Assembly (NCBI RefSeq): GCF_016026235.1
Contig: NZ_CP065613.1
Strand: one strand, 5' to 3'
Origin: Escherichia coli
GTDB lineage: Bacteria; Pseudomonadota; Gammaproteobacteria; Enterobacterales; Enterobacteriaceae
DNA length: 64,000 nucleotides
The notes under the pieces were generated by a model. The model ran no database searches. It worked only from the letters and a program-made list of their open reading frames with translations, and was not told the DNA's origin. Positions 11,137 to 24,644 of the stretch are shown here, in pieces (within the stretch, counting starts at the first letter, position 1; each line of letters opens with the position of its first letter). A program made the position numbers and the translations under genes.

Positions 11137-13335
11137 ATGTCGACTCCTGACAATCACGGCAAGAAAGCCCCTCAATTTGCTGCGTTCAAACAGCTAACCA
11201 CGGTACAGAACGCCAACGACTGTTGCTGCGACGGCGCATGTTCCAGCACGCCAACTCTCTCTGAAAACGTCTCCGGCACCCGCTATAGCTGGAAAGTCAG
11301 CGGCATGGACTGCGCCGCCTGTGCGCGCAAGGTAGAAAATGCCGTGCGCCAGCTTGCAGGCGCGAATCAGGTGCAGGTACTGTTCGCCACCGAAAAACTG
11401 GTGGTTGATGCCGACAATGACATCCGTGCACAAGTTGAATCTGCGGTGCAAAAAGCGGGCTATTCCCTGCGCGATGAGCAGGCCGCCGACGAGCCACAAG
11501 CATCGCGCCTGAAAGAGAACCTGCCGCTGATTACGCTAATCGTGATGATGGCAATCAGCTGGGGTCTGGAGCAGTTCAATCATCCGTTCGGGCAACTGGC
11601 GTTTATCGCAACCACGCTGGTTGGGCTGTACCCGATTGCTCGTCAGGCATTACGGCTGATCAAATCCGGCAGCTACTTCGCCATTGAAACCTTAATGAGC
11701 GTAGCTGCTATTGGTGCGCTGTTTATTGGCGCAACGGCTGAAGCTGCGATGGTGTTGCTGCTGTTTTTGATTGGTGAACGACTGGAAGGCTGGGCCGCCA
11801 GCCGCGCGCGTCAGGGCGTTAGCGCGTTAATGGCGCTGAAACCAGAAACCGCCACGCGCCTGCGTAACGGTGAGCGGGAAGAGGTGGCGATTAACAGCCT
11901 GCGCCCTGGCGATGTGATTGAAGTTGCGGCGGGCGGGCGTTTGCCTGCCGACGGTAAACTGCTCTCGCCCTTTGCCAGTTTTGATGAAAGCGCCCTGACC
12001 GGCGAATCCATTCCAGTGGAGCGCGCAACGGGCGATAAAGTCCCTGCTGGTGCCACCAGCGTAGACCGTCTGGTGACGTTGGAAGTATTGTCAGAACCGG
12101 GAGCCAGCGCCATTGACCGGATTCTGAAACTGATCGAAGAAGCCGAAGAGCGTCGCGCTCCCATTGAGCGGTTTATCGACCGTTTCAGCCGTATTTACAC
12201 GCCAGCGATTATGGCCGTCGCCCTGCTGGTAACGCTGGTGCCGCCGCTGCTGTTTGCCGCCAGCTGGCAAGAGTGGATTTATAAAGGGCTGACGCTGCTG
12301 CTGATTGGCTGCCCGTGTGCGTTAGTTATCTCCACGCCCGCGGCGATTACCTCCGGGCTGGCAGCAGCGGCACGTCGTGGGGCGTTGATTAAAGGCGGAG
12401 CGGCGCTGGAACAACTAGGTCGTGTTACTCAGGTGGCGTTTGATAAAACCGGTACGCTGACCGTCGGTAAACCGCGCGTTACCGCGATTCATCCGGCAAC
12501 GGGTATTAGTGAATCTGAACTGCTGACACTGGCGGCGGCGGTCGAGCAAGGCGCGACGCATCCACTGGCGCAGGCCATCGTGCGCGAAGCACAGGTTGCT
12601 GCACTCGCCATTCCCGCCGCCGAATCACAGCGGGCGCTGGTCGGGTCTGGCATTGAAGCGCAGGTTAACGGTGAGCGCGTATTGATTTGCGCTGCCGGGA
12701 AACATCCAGCTGATGCATTTGCTGGTTTAATTAACGAACTGGAAAGCGCCGGGCAAACGGTAGTGCTGGTAGTACGTAACGATGACGTGCTGGGTATCAT
12801 TGCATTGCAGGATACTCTACGCGCCGATGCTGCAACTGCCATCAGTGAACTGAACGCGCTGGGCGTCAAAGGGGTGATCCTCACCGGCGATAATCCACGC
12901 GCAGCGGCGGCAATTGCCGGGGAGCTGGGGCTGGAGTTTAAAGCGGGCCTGTTGCCGGAAGATAAAGTCAAAGCGGTGACCGAGCTGAATCAACATGCGC
13001 CGCTGGCGATGGTCGGTGACGGTATTAACGACGCGCCAGCGATGAAAGCTGCCGCCATCGGGATTGCAATGGGCAGCGGCACAGACGTGGCGCTGGAAAC
13101 CGCCGACGCAGCATTAACCCATAACCACCTGCGCGGTCTGGTGCAAATGATTGAACTGGCACGCGCCACTCACGCCAATATCCGCCAGAACATCACTATT
13201 GCGCTGGGGCTGAAAGGGATCTTCCTCATCACCACGCTGTTAGGGATGACCGGGTTGTGGCTGGCGGTGCTGGCAGATACGGGTGCGACGGTGCTGGTGA
13301 CAGCGAATGCGTTAAGATTGTTGCGTAGGAGATAA
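11137..13335 (+). CDS. zntA: Zn/Cd/Pb-translocating P1B-type ATPase ZntA
   Basis: 732 aa; N-terminal metal-binding GMDCAACARKVE, CPC transmembrane motif (LLIGCPCALVIS), DKTGTLT phosphorylation site, GDGINDAPA hinge. Confidence 0.96.
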   Translation: MSTPDNHGKKAPQFAAFKQLTTVQNANDCCCDGACSSTPTLSENVSGTRYSWKVSGMDCAACARKVENAVRQLAGANQVQVLFATEKLVVDADNDIRAQVESAVQKAGYSLRDEQAADEPQASRLKENLPLITLIVMMAISWGLEQFNHPFGQLAFIATTLVGLYPIARQALRLIKSGSYFAIETLMSVAAIGALFIGATAEAAMVLLLFLIGERLEGWAASRARQGVSALMALKPETATRLRNGEREEVAINSLRPGDVIEVAAGGRLPADGKLLSPFASFDESALTGESIPVERATGDKVPAGATSVDRLVTLEVLSEPGASAIDRILKLIEEAEERRAPIERFIDRFSRIYTPAIMAVALLVTLVPPLLFAASWQEWIYKGLTLLLIGCPCALVISTPAAITSGLAAAARRGALIKGGAALEQLGRVTQVAFDKTGTLTVGKPRVTAIHPATGISESELLTLAAAVEQGATHPLAQAIVREAQVAALAIPAAESQRALVGSGIEAQVNGERVLICAAGKHPADAFAGLINELESAGQTVVLVVRNDDVLGIIALQDTLRADAATAISELNALGVKGVILTGDNPRAAAAIAGELGLEFKAGLLPEDKVKAVTELNQHAPLAMVGDGINDAPAMKAAAIGIAMGSGTDVALETADAALTHNHLRGLVQMIELARATHANIRQNITIALGLKGIFLITTLLGMTGLWLAVLADTGATVLVTANALRLLRRR

Positions 13336-13342
13336 GGCAAAC

Positions 13343-13420
13343 CGATCGCAACATTGAGCGCGATCGGTCCCCTCGCTCCTCTGGGGAGAGGGTTAGGGTG
13401 AGGGGAAAAGGCGGCATCGA
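13343..13420. repeat. GC-rich hairpin / Box C-like repeat in the zntA-tusA convergent spacer
   Basis: CCGATCGC-aacattga-GCGATCGG stem-loop followed by cccctcgctcctctggggagagggttagggtgaggggaaaagg; resembles GC-rich enterobacterial intergenic repeats (family assignment uncertain). Confidence 0.35.
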
Positions 13421-13436
13421 AGCCAATCTGCCCCCA

Positions 13437-13682
13437 TCAACCGCCTTTACGAATCAAATAACGATAAGGCAGTCCATCCGTCTGTTTGGCAACCAGTTCG
13501 TGTTCCATAAAGGTACAAAACCCAGGGATATCGCGGGTCGTCGCCGGATCGTCAGCAATAATCAGCAACGTTTCACCTGGCTGCATATTGCGCACGGTTT
13601 TGCGCACCATCATTACGGGTTCCGGGCAGCGCAGGCCAAGTGCGTCGAGTGTGTGGTCAGGGCTGGAAAAGAGATCGGTCAT
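13437..13682 (-). CDS. tusA: Sulfur-carrier protein TusA
   Basis: 81 aa [56 protein letters not shown]...; CPxP active-site motif. Confidence 0.93.
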   Translation of the reverse strand: MTDLFSSPDHTLDALGLRCPEPVMMVRKTVRNMQPGETLLIIADDPATTRDIPGFCTFMEHELVAKQTDGLPYRYLIRKGG

Positions 13683-13902
13683 TTTCTTCTCATCACATAA
13701 AAAAACGGCGCTAGTTTACGCCCTGTGAGTCCGTAAGCAAACCAGGTTAACGATTGCGTGAAAATTAACCATTGCATTGTCAACGTAAAGCAGTATCATG
13801 CGGCGGCTCGAAAAAAGGGTAAGCACGTTATTATGTTAAGGTAACAGACGTGTCGTACGTATTGGGTTCCCTCACCCCAATGGTTAATCAAAAAGGTACA
13901 AT

Positions 13903-14568
13903 ATGAACGTTTTCTCGCAAACTCAACGCTATAAGGCGTTGTTCTGGTTATCGTTATTTCATCTGCTGGTGATCACCTCCAGTAACTATCTGGTTCAGCT
14001 TCCCGTCTCCATTTTTGGTTTCCATACCACCTGGGGCGCGTTTAGCTTTCCGTTTATCTTTCTCGCTACCGACCTGACCGTACGTATTTTTGGCGCACCG
14101 CTGGCCCGACGCATTATCTTCGCGGTAATGATCCCTGCGTTATTAATCTCCTACGTCATCTCGTCGCTATTCTATATGGGTTCCTGGCAGGGATTCGGCG
14201 CACTCGCCCACTTCAACCTGTTTGTCGCCCGTATCGCCACCGCCAGTTTCATGGCCTACGCGCTGGGGCAAATCCTCGACGTGCACGTTTTTAACCGCCT
14301 GCGTCAGAGTCGCCGCTGGTGGCTGGCACCGACAGCGTCCACACTGTTCGGTAACGTCAGCGACACGCTGGCCTTTTTCTTCATTGCCTTCTGGCGTAGC
14401 CCGGATGCCTTTATGGCTGAACACTGGATGGAAATCGCGCTGGTCGATTACTGTTTCAAAGTGTTAATCAGTATCGTTTTCTTCCTGCCAATGTATGGCG
14501 TATTACTCAATATGCTGTTGAAAAGACTGGCAGATAAATCTGAAATCAACGCTTTGCAGGCGAGTTAA
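13903..14568 (+). CDS. yhhQ: Queuosine-precursor transporter YhhQ
   Basis: 221-aa polytopic membrane ORF MNVFSQTQRYKALFWLSLFHLLVITSSNYLVQLPVSIFGFHTTWG... Confidence 0.9.
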   Translation: MNVFSQTQRYKALFWLSLFHLLVITSSNYLVQLPVSIFGFHTTWGAFSFPFIFLATDLTVRIFGAPLARRIIFAVMIPALLISYVISSLFYMGSWQGFGALAHFNLFVARIATASFMAYALGQILDVHVFNRLRQSRRWWLAPTASTLFGNVSDTLAFFFIAFWRSPDAFMAEHWMEIALVDYCFKVLISIVFFLPMYGVLLNMLLKRLADKSEINALQAS

Positions 14569-14640
14569 AGGTTCGTTATCAGAGTTGTGATAAGATGGAT
14601 GAATGAGCCGTTATGGCCGTTTATCGAAAGGAAGAAGTCA

Positions 14641-15198
14641 ATGCGCAATCTGGTTAAATATGTCGGAATTGGCCTGCTGGTTATGGGGCTTGCGGCCTGT
14701 GATGATAAAGACACTAACGCTACGGCGCAGGGTTCGGTCGCGGAAAGTAACGCTACCGGGAATCCCGTCAACCTGCTTGATGGCAAGTTAAGTTTCTCGC
14801 TGCCAGCGGATATGACCGACCAGAGCGGTAAGCTGGGAACGCAGGCCAATAACATGCATGTCTGGTCCGACGCCACCGGGCAGAAAGCAGTCATCGTCAT
14901 CATGGGCGATGATCCGAAAGAAGATCTGGCGGTGTTGGCGAAGCGTCTTGAAGATCAGCAACGTAGCCGCGATCCGCAGCTGCAAGTGGTAACCAATAAA
15001 GCCATTGAGCTGAAAGGTCACAAAATGCAGCAGTTAGACAGTATTATCTCCGCGAAAGGCCAGACGGCGTACTCTTCCGTTATTCTGGGTAACGTGGGTA
15101 ATCAACTGCTGACCATGCAAATTACTCTGCCCGCTGACGATCAGCAAAAAGCGCAGACCACTGCAGAAAACATCATTAATACGCTGGTTATTCAGTAA
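14641..15198 (+). CDS. dcrB: Periplasmic lipoprotein DcrB
   Basis: ORF 14587..15198; start placed at ATG 14641 with [32 protein letters not shown] lipobox, 185 aa. Confidence 0.88.
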
Positions 15199-15201
15199 GT
15201 T

Positions 15202-16419
15202 TTAAGATGATGAGACGGCCTCAGGGACGTGTTCCGGAGGCCGTTTTTTTAATCGCCACGTCAGTAATAACGCGATTGCGACCAGTCCCGCCGCCGCCAG
15301 ATAAATCACCGGTACGCCCGCCCAGCTCATCACCAGCCCAGCCAGTGGTCCAGTCACGCCAAGCGATAAATCCATAAATACGGTGTAAGTTGCCAGCGCC
15401 GCCCCCTGATTTTGCTGCGGAACCGCTTTTACCGCCACTACACCCAATGCCGGGAACACCAGCGAAAACCCGGCCCCCGCCAGTAAGACGCCGATTTTCG
15501 CCATCCACGGCATAGTCGCCACGCCAACCAGTAGCAGGCCGATTATCTCAACGCTAAAGCAAATCATCGCTACGTTTAAGCCGCCGATACGGTTAATGCC
15601 GTTAGGGAATAACAAACGCGTACCGACAAACGCACAGCTAAACAGCGTCAGCGCGAAAGCCGCACCGTCCCAACCTTTAGCGTCATAAAACAGCGTGATA
15701 AAGGTGGCGATGACGCCAAATCCGGCGGAAGCCAGTGCCAGCGCCATACCGTACAGCCAGACGCGCCCAAGCACCGCGCGAAACGGCAGCGGTTTGCCTT
15801 TACTGGCTTTTACCGTCGGACGCGGGAGCGCCAACAAAATGGCCACCAGCGCCACGCCCATAATGATTAACGCTAACGCCTGCAAGCCGCCCCAGTGATA
15901 AAACACGACGCCTAACGGCGCACCCATCGCCATCGCCCCGTAAGTGACAATACCGTTCCACGAAATCACCCGCCCGATATGCAGCGAGCCAACCACGCCA
16001 ACACCCCACAGGGTCGATCCCGTTCCGGCAAAACTTTGCCCAATCCCAAGGATCACGCGTCCCAGGCAAAGTAATAACAGGCTGATGACGGGCAGACTGG
16101 CGGTTAATCCTGCCGTCAGATATCCCAGACCGCTCAAAAAGCAGCCGCATAAACCGAAGACGACAATCTTTTTGGGTCCCAGCAAATCGGCGTAACGTCC
16201 GGCATGAGGGCGGCTCAGCAAGGTGGCGAAATATTGCAGGCTGATAACCAATCCTGCCCAGAAGGCGCTAAAGCCCATCACATCATGGACATAGCCCGGT
16301 AATACAGCGAGCGGCAACCCGATGGTGAGGTAGCTGGCGAAGTTAAACATGACTATAGAGACAATGCGCAAATTCAGGCGCAATCCGTTTAGCGCGGGTT
16401 CGGCTACGGGTTCGGGCAT
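15202..16419 (-). CDS. yhhS: MFS transporter YhhS
   Basis: ORF 15202..16461; start placed at ATG 16419 (MPEPVAEPALNGLRLNLRIVSIVMFNF...), 405 aa, 12-TM MFS-like hydropathy. Confidence 0.87.
   Translation of the reverse strand: MPEPVAEPALNGLRLNLRIVSIVMFNFASYLTIGLPLAVLPGYVHDVMGFSAFWAGLVISLQYFATLLSRPHAGRYADLLGPKKIVVFGLCGCFLSGLGYLTAGLTASLPVISLLLLCLGRVILGIGQSFAGTGSTLWGVGVVGSLHIGRVISWNGIVTYGAMAMGAPLGVVFYHWGGLQALALIIMGVALVAILLALPRPTVKASKGKPLPFRAVLGRVWLYGMALALASAGFGVIATFITLFYDAKGWDGAAFALTLFSCAFVGTRLLFPNGINRIGGLNVAMICFSVEIIGLLLVGVATMPWMAKIGVLLAGAGFSLVFPALGVVAVKAVPQQNQGAALATYTVFMDLSLGVTGPLAGLVMSWAGVPVIYLAAAGLVAIALLLTWRLKKRPPEHVPEAVSSS
15213..15250 (+). terminator. Putative intrinsic terminator after dcrB (overlaps yhhS 3' end)
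   Basis: acGGCCTCagggacgtgttccgGAGGCCgttttttt. Confidence 0.5.
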
Positions 16420-16550
16420 GAGGATCACCACATTTTTACAACAGTGTTTCATTTTTACCACGTGCTGACGTGAAAATCAGCAGTAAGAATCAGAATATTG
16501 CTGGCGTGACTCCCGCTACACTTAACACAAAAAGTCACAAGGAAGCCCCA

Positions 16551-17600
16551 ATGGAAACCCCTCAACCCGATAAAACGGGCATGCACATTCTGCTCAAGTT
16601 GGCCTCGCTGGTAGTGATCCTCGCGGGCATTCACGCAGCGGCAGATATCATTGTGCAGCTGTTACTGGCGCTGTTTTTTGCCATCGTCCTCAACCCGCTC
16701 GTTACCTGGTTTATTCGTCGGGGAGTACAACGCCCCGTTGCCATTACGATTGTAGTGGTGGTGATGCTGATCGCACTAACCGCGCTGGTCGGCGTACTGG
16801 CGGCATCGTTTAACGAATTTATCTCTATGCTGCCGAAGTTTAATAAGGAGCTGACGCGCAAACTTTTTAAATTGCAGGAGATGTTGCCTTTTCTTAATTT
16901 GCATATGTCGCCGGAGCGAATGCTGCAGCGGATGGACTCGGAAAAAGTGGTTACCTTCACCACAGCGCTAATGACCGGGCTTTCCGGGGCAATGGCGAGC
17001 GTGCTTTTGCTGGTGATGACCGTAGTTTTTATGCTGTTTGAAGTGCGCCACGTCCCTTACAAAATGCGTTTTGCGCTGAATAACCCACAGATTCACATCG
17101 CAGGATTACACCGCGCACTTAAAGGCGTTTCGCACTATCTTGCATTGAAGACGCTACTCAGTTTATGGACAGGTGTCATCGTCTGGCTGGGGCTGGAGCT
17201 GATGGGGGTGCAGTTTGCGCTGATGTGGGCAGTACTGGCGTTTTTGCTCAACTACGTGCCCAATATCGGCGCGGTAATTTCCGCCGTACCGCCAATGATT
17301 CAGGTGCTGCTGTTTAATGGTGTTTACGAATGTATTCTGGTCGGCGCATTGTTTTTAGTGGTCCATATGGTCATCGGCAATATTTTAGAACCACGGATGA
17401 TGGGCCATCGCCTGGGGATGTCCACCATGGTGGTATTTCTTTCATTGTTAATTTGGGGATGGCTGCTCGGCCCGGTAGGGATGCTACTTTCGGTGCCATT
17501 AACCAGCGTGTGTAAAATCTGGATGGAAACCACCAAAGGCGGTAGCAAACTGGCGATTTTACTGGGGCCAGGCAGACCGAAAAGTCGGTTACCGGGATGA
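16551..17600 (+). CDS. yhhT: AI-2E family transporter YhhT
   Basis: ORF 16470..17600; start placed at ATG 16551 after AAGGAAG RBS (METPQPDKTGMHILLKLASLVVILAGIHAAAD...), 349 aa. Confidence 0.87.
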   Translation: METPQPDKTGMHILLKLASLVVILAGIHAAADIIVQLLLALFFAIVLNPLVTWFIRRGVQRPVAITIVVVVMLIALTALVGVLAASFNEFISMLPKFNKELTRKLFKLQEMLPFLNLHMSPERMLQRMDSEKVVTFTTALMTGLSGAMASVLLLVMTVVFMLFEVRHVPYKMRFALNNPQIHIAGLHRALKGVSHYLALKTLLSLWTGVIVWLGLELMGVQFALMWAVLAFLLNYVPNIGAVISAVPPMIQVLLFNGVYECILVGALFLVVHMVIGNILEPRMMGHRLGMSTMVVFLSLLIWGWLLGPVGMLLSVPLTSVCKIWMETTKGGSKLAILLGPGRPKSRLPG

Positions 17601-17654
17601 GGCGACAAGTGATACGATACGCACTTTCATTTTCCATTAAACGTTGGCCCTGAT

Positions 17655-18242
17655 ATGTATCGGATAGTTCTGGGGAAAGTTTCGACCTTAAGCGCAGCTC
17701 CACTGCCACCGGGTTTACGCGAGCAAGCACCGCAAGGTCCACGACGCGAACGCTGGCTGGCGGGGCGTGCATTGCTTTCGCACACGCTTTCCCCGCTACC
17801 GGAGATCATCTATGGCGAACAAGGCAAACCTGCATTCGCGCCGGAAACGCCGCTATGGTTCAACTTAAGCCATAGCGGTGACGATATCGCTCTGCTGTTG
17901 AGCGATGAAGGCGAAGTCGGCTGCGATATCGAAGTGATTCGCCCGCGCGCCAACTGGCGCTGGCTGGCGAACGCCGTGTTCAGCCTCGGGGAACACGCTG
18001 AAATGGACGCCGTGCATCCTGATCAGCAACTGGAAATGTTCTGGCGCATCTGGACGCGCAAAGAAGCCATCGTTAAACAGCGTGGCGGCAGCGCCTGGCA
18101 AATCGTCAGCGTAGATAGCACCTATCACTCCTCGCTGTCAGTCAGCCATTGTCAGCTGGAAAATTTAAGTCTGGCGATCTGCACCCCTACCCCCTTTACG
18201 CTCTCCGCCGACAGTGTGCAATGGATCGATTCAGTTAACTGA
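17655..18242 (+). CDS. acpT: 4'-phosphopantetheinyl transferase AcpT
   Basis: 195 aa MYRIVLGKVSTLSAAPLPPGLREQAPQGPRRERWLAGRALL...; W-x-KEA motif (WTRKEAIVK). Confidence 0.9.
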   Translation: MYRIVLGKVSTLSAAPLPPGLREQAPQGPRRERWLAGRALLSHTLSPLPEIIYGEQGKPAFAPETPLWFNLSHSGDDIALLLSDEGEVGCDIEVIRPRANWRWLANAVFSLGEHAEMDAVHPDQQLEMFWRIWTRKEAIVKQRGGSAWQIVSVDSTYHSSLSVSHCQLENLSLAICTPTPFTLSADSVQWIDSVN

Positions 18243-18287
18243 TCCGCCCACCCGACTGCCCATCTATTGATCCAGAACAGGTAATCA

Positions 18288-18315
18288 GTATGACGAATAC
18301 TTAAAATCGTCATAC
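18288..18315 (+). promoter_or_regulatory. NikR operator (GTATGA-N16-TCATAC) in the nikA promoter
   Basis: GTATGAcgaatacttaaaatcgTCATAC, a perfect dyad with 16-bp spacer 38 bp upstream of nikA ATG; matches the known NikR operator architecture. Confidence 0.8.
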
Positions 18316-18352
18316 TGATTTCCGCCATCTATTTTAATCCATTGGGGTTACC

Positions 18353-19927
18353 ATGCTCTCCACACTCCGCCGCACTCTATTTGCGCTGCTGGCTTGTGCG
18401 TCTTTTATCGTCCATGCCGCTGCACCAGATGAAATCACCACCGCCTGGCCGGTGAATGTCGGGCCACTAAACCCGCACCTTTACACGCCTAACCAGATGT
18501 TCGCCCAGAGCATGGTTTATGAACCATTGGTGAAGTATCAGGCAGACGGTTCGGTGATCCCGTGGCTGGCAAAAAGCTGGACCCATTCGGAAAATGGTAA
18601 AACCTGGACCTTCACCCTGCGTGATGACGTGAAATTCTCTAACGGCGAACCGTTTGATGCAGAGGCGGCGGCAGAAAACTTCCGCGCAGTGCTCGATAAC
18701 CGTCAACGTCACGCCTGGCTGGAGCTGGCAAACCAGATTGTTGATGTTAAAGCACTCAGTAAAACAGAGCTGCAAATCACCCTGAAAAGCGCCTACTATC
18801 CTTTCCTGCAAGAACTGGCCCTGCCGCGCCCTTTCCGTTTTATCGCCCCCTCGCAGTTTAAAAACCATGAAACCATGAACGGAATTAAAGCGCCGATTGG
18901 CACCGGACCGTGGATTTTGCAGGAATCGAAACTGAATCAGTACGATGTCTTCGTCCGTAACGAAAACTACTGGGGCGAAAAGCCGGCGATTAAGAAGATC
19001 ACTTTTAACGTCATCCCGGACCCGACTACCCGCGCGGTGGCGTTTGAAACTGGCGATATCGACCTGCTGTACGGAAACGAAGGGTTATTACCGCTCGATA
19101 CCTTCGCCCGCTTTAGCCAGAATCCGGCTTACCACACCCAACTGTCACAGCCGATCGAAACCGTGATGCTGGCGCTCAATACCGCCAAAGCCCCCACCAA
19201 CGAGCTGGCAGTACGTGAAGCTCTTAATTACGCGGTAAACAAAAAATCGCTGATTGATAACGCGTTGTATGGCACCCAGCAGGTCGCCGACACCCTGTTT
19301 GCCCCTTCTGTGCCCTACACCAACCTCGGCCTGAAACCGCGCCAGTACGATCCGCAGAAAGCAAAAGAGTTGCTGGAAAAAGCCGGTTGGACGCTGCCTG
19401 CGGGCAAAGACATCCGCGAGAAAAATGGTCAGCCGCTGCGCATTGAACTGTCGTTCATCGGCACCGATGCGTTAAGCAAATCGATGGCGGAAATCATTCA
19501 GGCTGATATGCGCCAGATTGGCGCAGATGTCTCGCTGATTGGCGAAGAAGAGAGCAGTATCTATGCTCGTCAGCGCGACGGTCGTTTTGGCATGATTTTC
19601 CACCGCACCTGGGGCGCGCCATACGATCCACACGCCTTCCTCAGTTCAATGCGCGTACCGTCACACGCTGACTTCCAGGCACAGCAAGGATTAGCCGACA
19701 AACCGCTGATTGATAAAGAGATCGGCGAAGTGCTGGCGACCCATGACGAAACGCAACGTCAGGCGCTGTATCGCGACATTCTGACCCGTCTGCATGACGA
19801 GGCGGTTTATCTGCCTATCAGTTACATCTCAATGATGGTGGTATCAAAACCGGAGCTGGGTAACATCCCCTACGCGCCGATCGCCACCGAAATTCCGTTC
19901 GAACAGATTAAACCGGTGAAACCTTAA
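18353..19927 (+). CDS. nikA: Nickel ABC transporter periplasmic binding protein NikA
   Basis: 524 aa with signal peptide [41 protein letters not shown]... Confidence 0.95.
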
Positions 19928-20867
19928 TGTTGCGTTACGTATTACGCCGCTTTCTGCTGCTGATCCCGATGGTGCTCGCCGCCTCGGTGATCATTTTTCT
20001 GATGCTGCGCCTCGGTACCGGCGACCCGGCGCTCGATTATTTGCGTCTGTCTAACCTGCCGCCGACGCCGGAGATGCTGGCCTCTACCCGCACCATGCTG
20101 GGACTGGATCAGCCGCTGTACGTCCAGTACGGCACCTGGTTGTGGAAGGCGCTGCATCTTGACTTTGGTATCTCATTCGCCAGCCAACGCCCGGTACTGG
20201 ACGATATGCTGAACTTCCTGCCCGCCACGCTGGAACTTGCAGGTGCGGCGCTGGTATTAATTCTGCTCACTTCCGTACCGCTCGGTATCTGGGCGGCGCG
20301 CCATCGCGACCGTCTGCCGGATTTCGCCGTACGTTTCATCGCATTTCTTGGCGTGTCGATGCCTAACTTCTGGCTGGCGTTTTTACTGGTGATGGCGTTT
20401 TCGGTGTATCTGCAATGGCTACCCGCGATGGGCTACGGCGGCTGGCAGCACATCATTTTGCCTGCGGTTTCCATTGCCTTTATGTCGCTGGCGATTAACG
20501 CGCGTTTACTGCGCGCCAGTATGCTGGACGTCGCCGGTCAGCGTCACGTCACCTGGGCGCGTCTGCGCGGCCTGAACGACAAACAGACCGAACGCCGCCA
20601 TATTCTGCGCAATGCCTCGCTGCCGATGATCACCGCCGTGGGGATGCACATCGGCGAACTGATTGGCGGGACGATGATTATCGAAAACATCTTTGCCTGG
20701 CCGGGCGTCGGGCGCTATGCGGTGTCGGCGATTTTTAACCGTGACTATCCGGTGATTCAGTGCTTTACGCTGATGATGGTGGTGGTTTTTGTGGTCTGTA
20801 ATTTGATTGTCGATTTGCTCAACGCCGCGCTGGACCCGCGCATTCGTCGTCATGAAGGAGCGCACGC

Positions 20868-20871
<4 letters not shown>
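19927..20871 (+). CDS. nikB: Nickel ABC transporter permease NikB
   Basis: 314 aa [34 protein letters not shown]...; start overlaps nikA stop. Confidence 0.95.
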
Positions 20872-23675
<2,804 letters not shown>

Positions 23676-23824
23676 CACCTACCAACGCGCCGTTATTTCC
23701 TTACGGCGCAGTAAACTTCTGACACATATCGACTCACGTCACATTTTTTTGATCACGATTTGGTCCCTCAAAATGTGAGACGCTTCGATCCTCTTTTTCT
23801 CCCGTTCACCTACTATACGCTTGA

Positions 23825-23852
23825 AGTTGTCCATGATTGTCCATAGACAACT
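23825..23852 (+). promoter_or_regulatory. Candidate operator: 7-bp inverted repeat plus tandem TTGTCCAT half-sites immediately upstream of the GntR-family regulator
   Basis: AGTTGTCcatgaTTGTCCATaGACAACT located 13 bp upstream of the regulator ATG; function inferred only. Confidence 0.3.
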
Positions 23853-23864
23853 GTAAATGTTCAG

Positions 23865-24620
23865 GTGCGCGCCATGAAATCATTAAGTAAGTCGTCACAA
23901 ATACCGCTCTATCAACAAGTGGTGGAGTGGATAAGAGAAAGTATTTATACCGGAGATCTGGTGGAAGACGATCGCATTCCTTCGGAATACCAGATTATGG
24001 ATATGCTGGAAGTGAGTCGGGGAACCGTTAAAAAAGCGGTCGCCCAACTGGTAAAAGAAGGCGTGTTAATACAGGTCCAGGGTAAGGGAACATTTGTCAA
24101 AAAAGAGAACGTGGCATATCCGTTAGGTGAAGGATTATTGTCATTCGCGGAATCGCTGGAAAGCCAGAAAATACATTTTACCACTGAAGTTATTACGTCA
24201 CGGATTGAACCAGCTAATCGTTATGTGGCAGAGAAATTAAGAATAACTCCCGGTCAGGATATTCTTTACCTTGAACGCTTACGCTCAATTGGTGATGAAA
24301 AAGCGATGCTGATAGAGAACCGTATCAATATTGAGCTATGCCCCGGTATTGCGGAAATCGATTTTAATCAACACAATTTATTTCCAACAATAGAAAGTTT
24401 GTCGCAAAGAAAAATTCGTTACTCGGAAAGTCGCTATGCCGCGCGATTAATTGGTAATGAACGTGGTCATTTTTTAGATATCAGTGAAGACGCACCCGTT
24501 TTGCATCTGGAGCAGTTAGTCTTTTTCTCCCGAGGATTACCCATTGAGTTTGGCAACGTCTGGTTAAAAGGAAATAAATATTATCTTGGCACCGTACTGC
24601 AACGGCGGGAAGTGAGTTAA
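23865..24620 (+). CDS. GntR/HutC-family transcriptional regulator (wHTH + UTRA effector domain)
   Basis: 251 aa; N-terminal IPSEYQIMDMLEVSRGTVKKAVAQLVKEGVLIQVQGKGTFV is a typical GntR HTH; alternative ATG at 23874. Confidence 0.8.
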   Translation: MRAMKSLSKSSQIPLYQQVVEWIRESIYTGDLVEDDRIPSEYQIMDMLEVSRGTVKKAVAQLVKEGVLIQVQGKGTFVKKENVAYPLGEGLLSFAESLESQKIHFTTEVITSRIEPANRYVAEKLRITPGQDILYLERLRSIGDEKAMLIENRINIELCPGIAEIDFNQHNLFPTIESLSQRKIRYSESRYAARLIGNERGHFLDISEDAPVLHLEQLVFFSRGLPIEFGNVWLKGNKYYLGTVLQRREVS

Positions 24621-24644
24621 GTACACTTTTTTAAGAGGAATAAA

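Noticed and set aside
13860-13902. Hairpin (UUGGG-uucccucac-CCCAA) plus A-rich tail upstream of yhhQ, superficially like a preQ1-I riboswitch in front of a queuosine-precursor transporter
   Set aside because: Loop and tail do not match the preQ1-I consensus as I remember it, and I know of no preQ1 riboswitch in E. coli; more likely an ordinary 5'UTR structure. A covariance-model scan (Rfam PreQ1) would settle it.
18255-18285. Possible FNR half-site (TTGAT) upstream of the NikR operator in the nikA promoter
   Set aside because: Only one half-site of TTGAT-N4-ATCAA is clear; it cannot be supported as a full FNR box from sequence alone.
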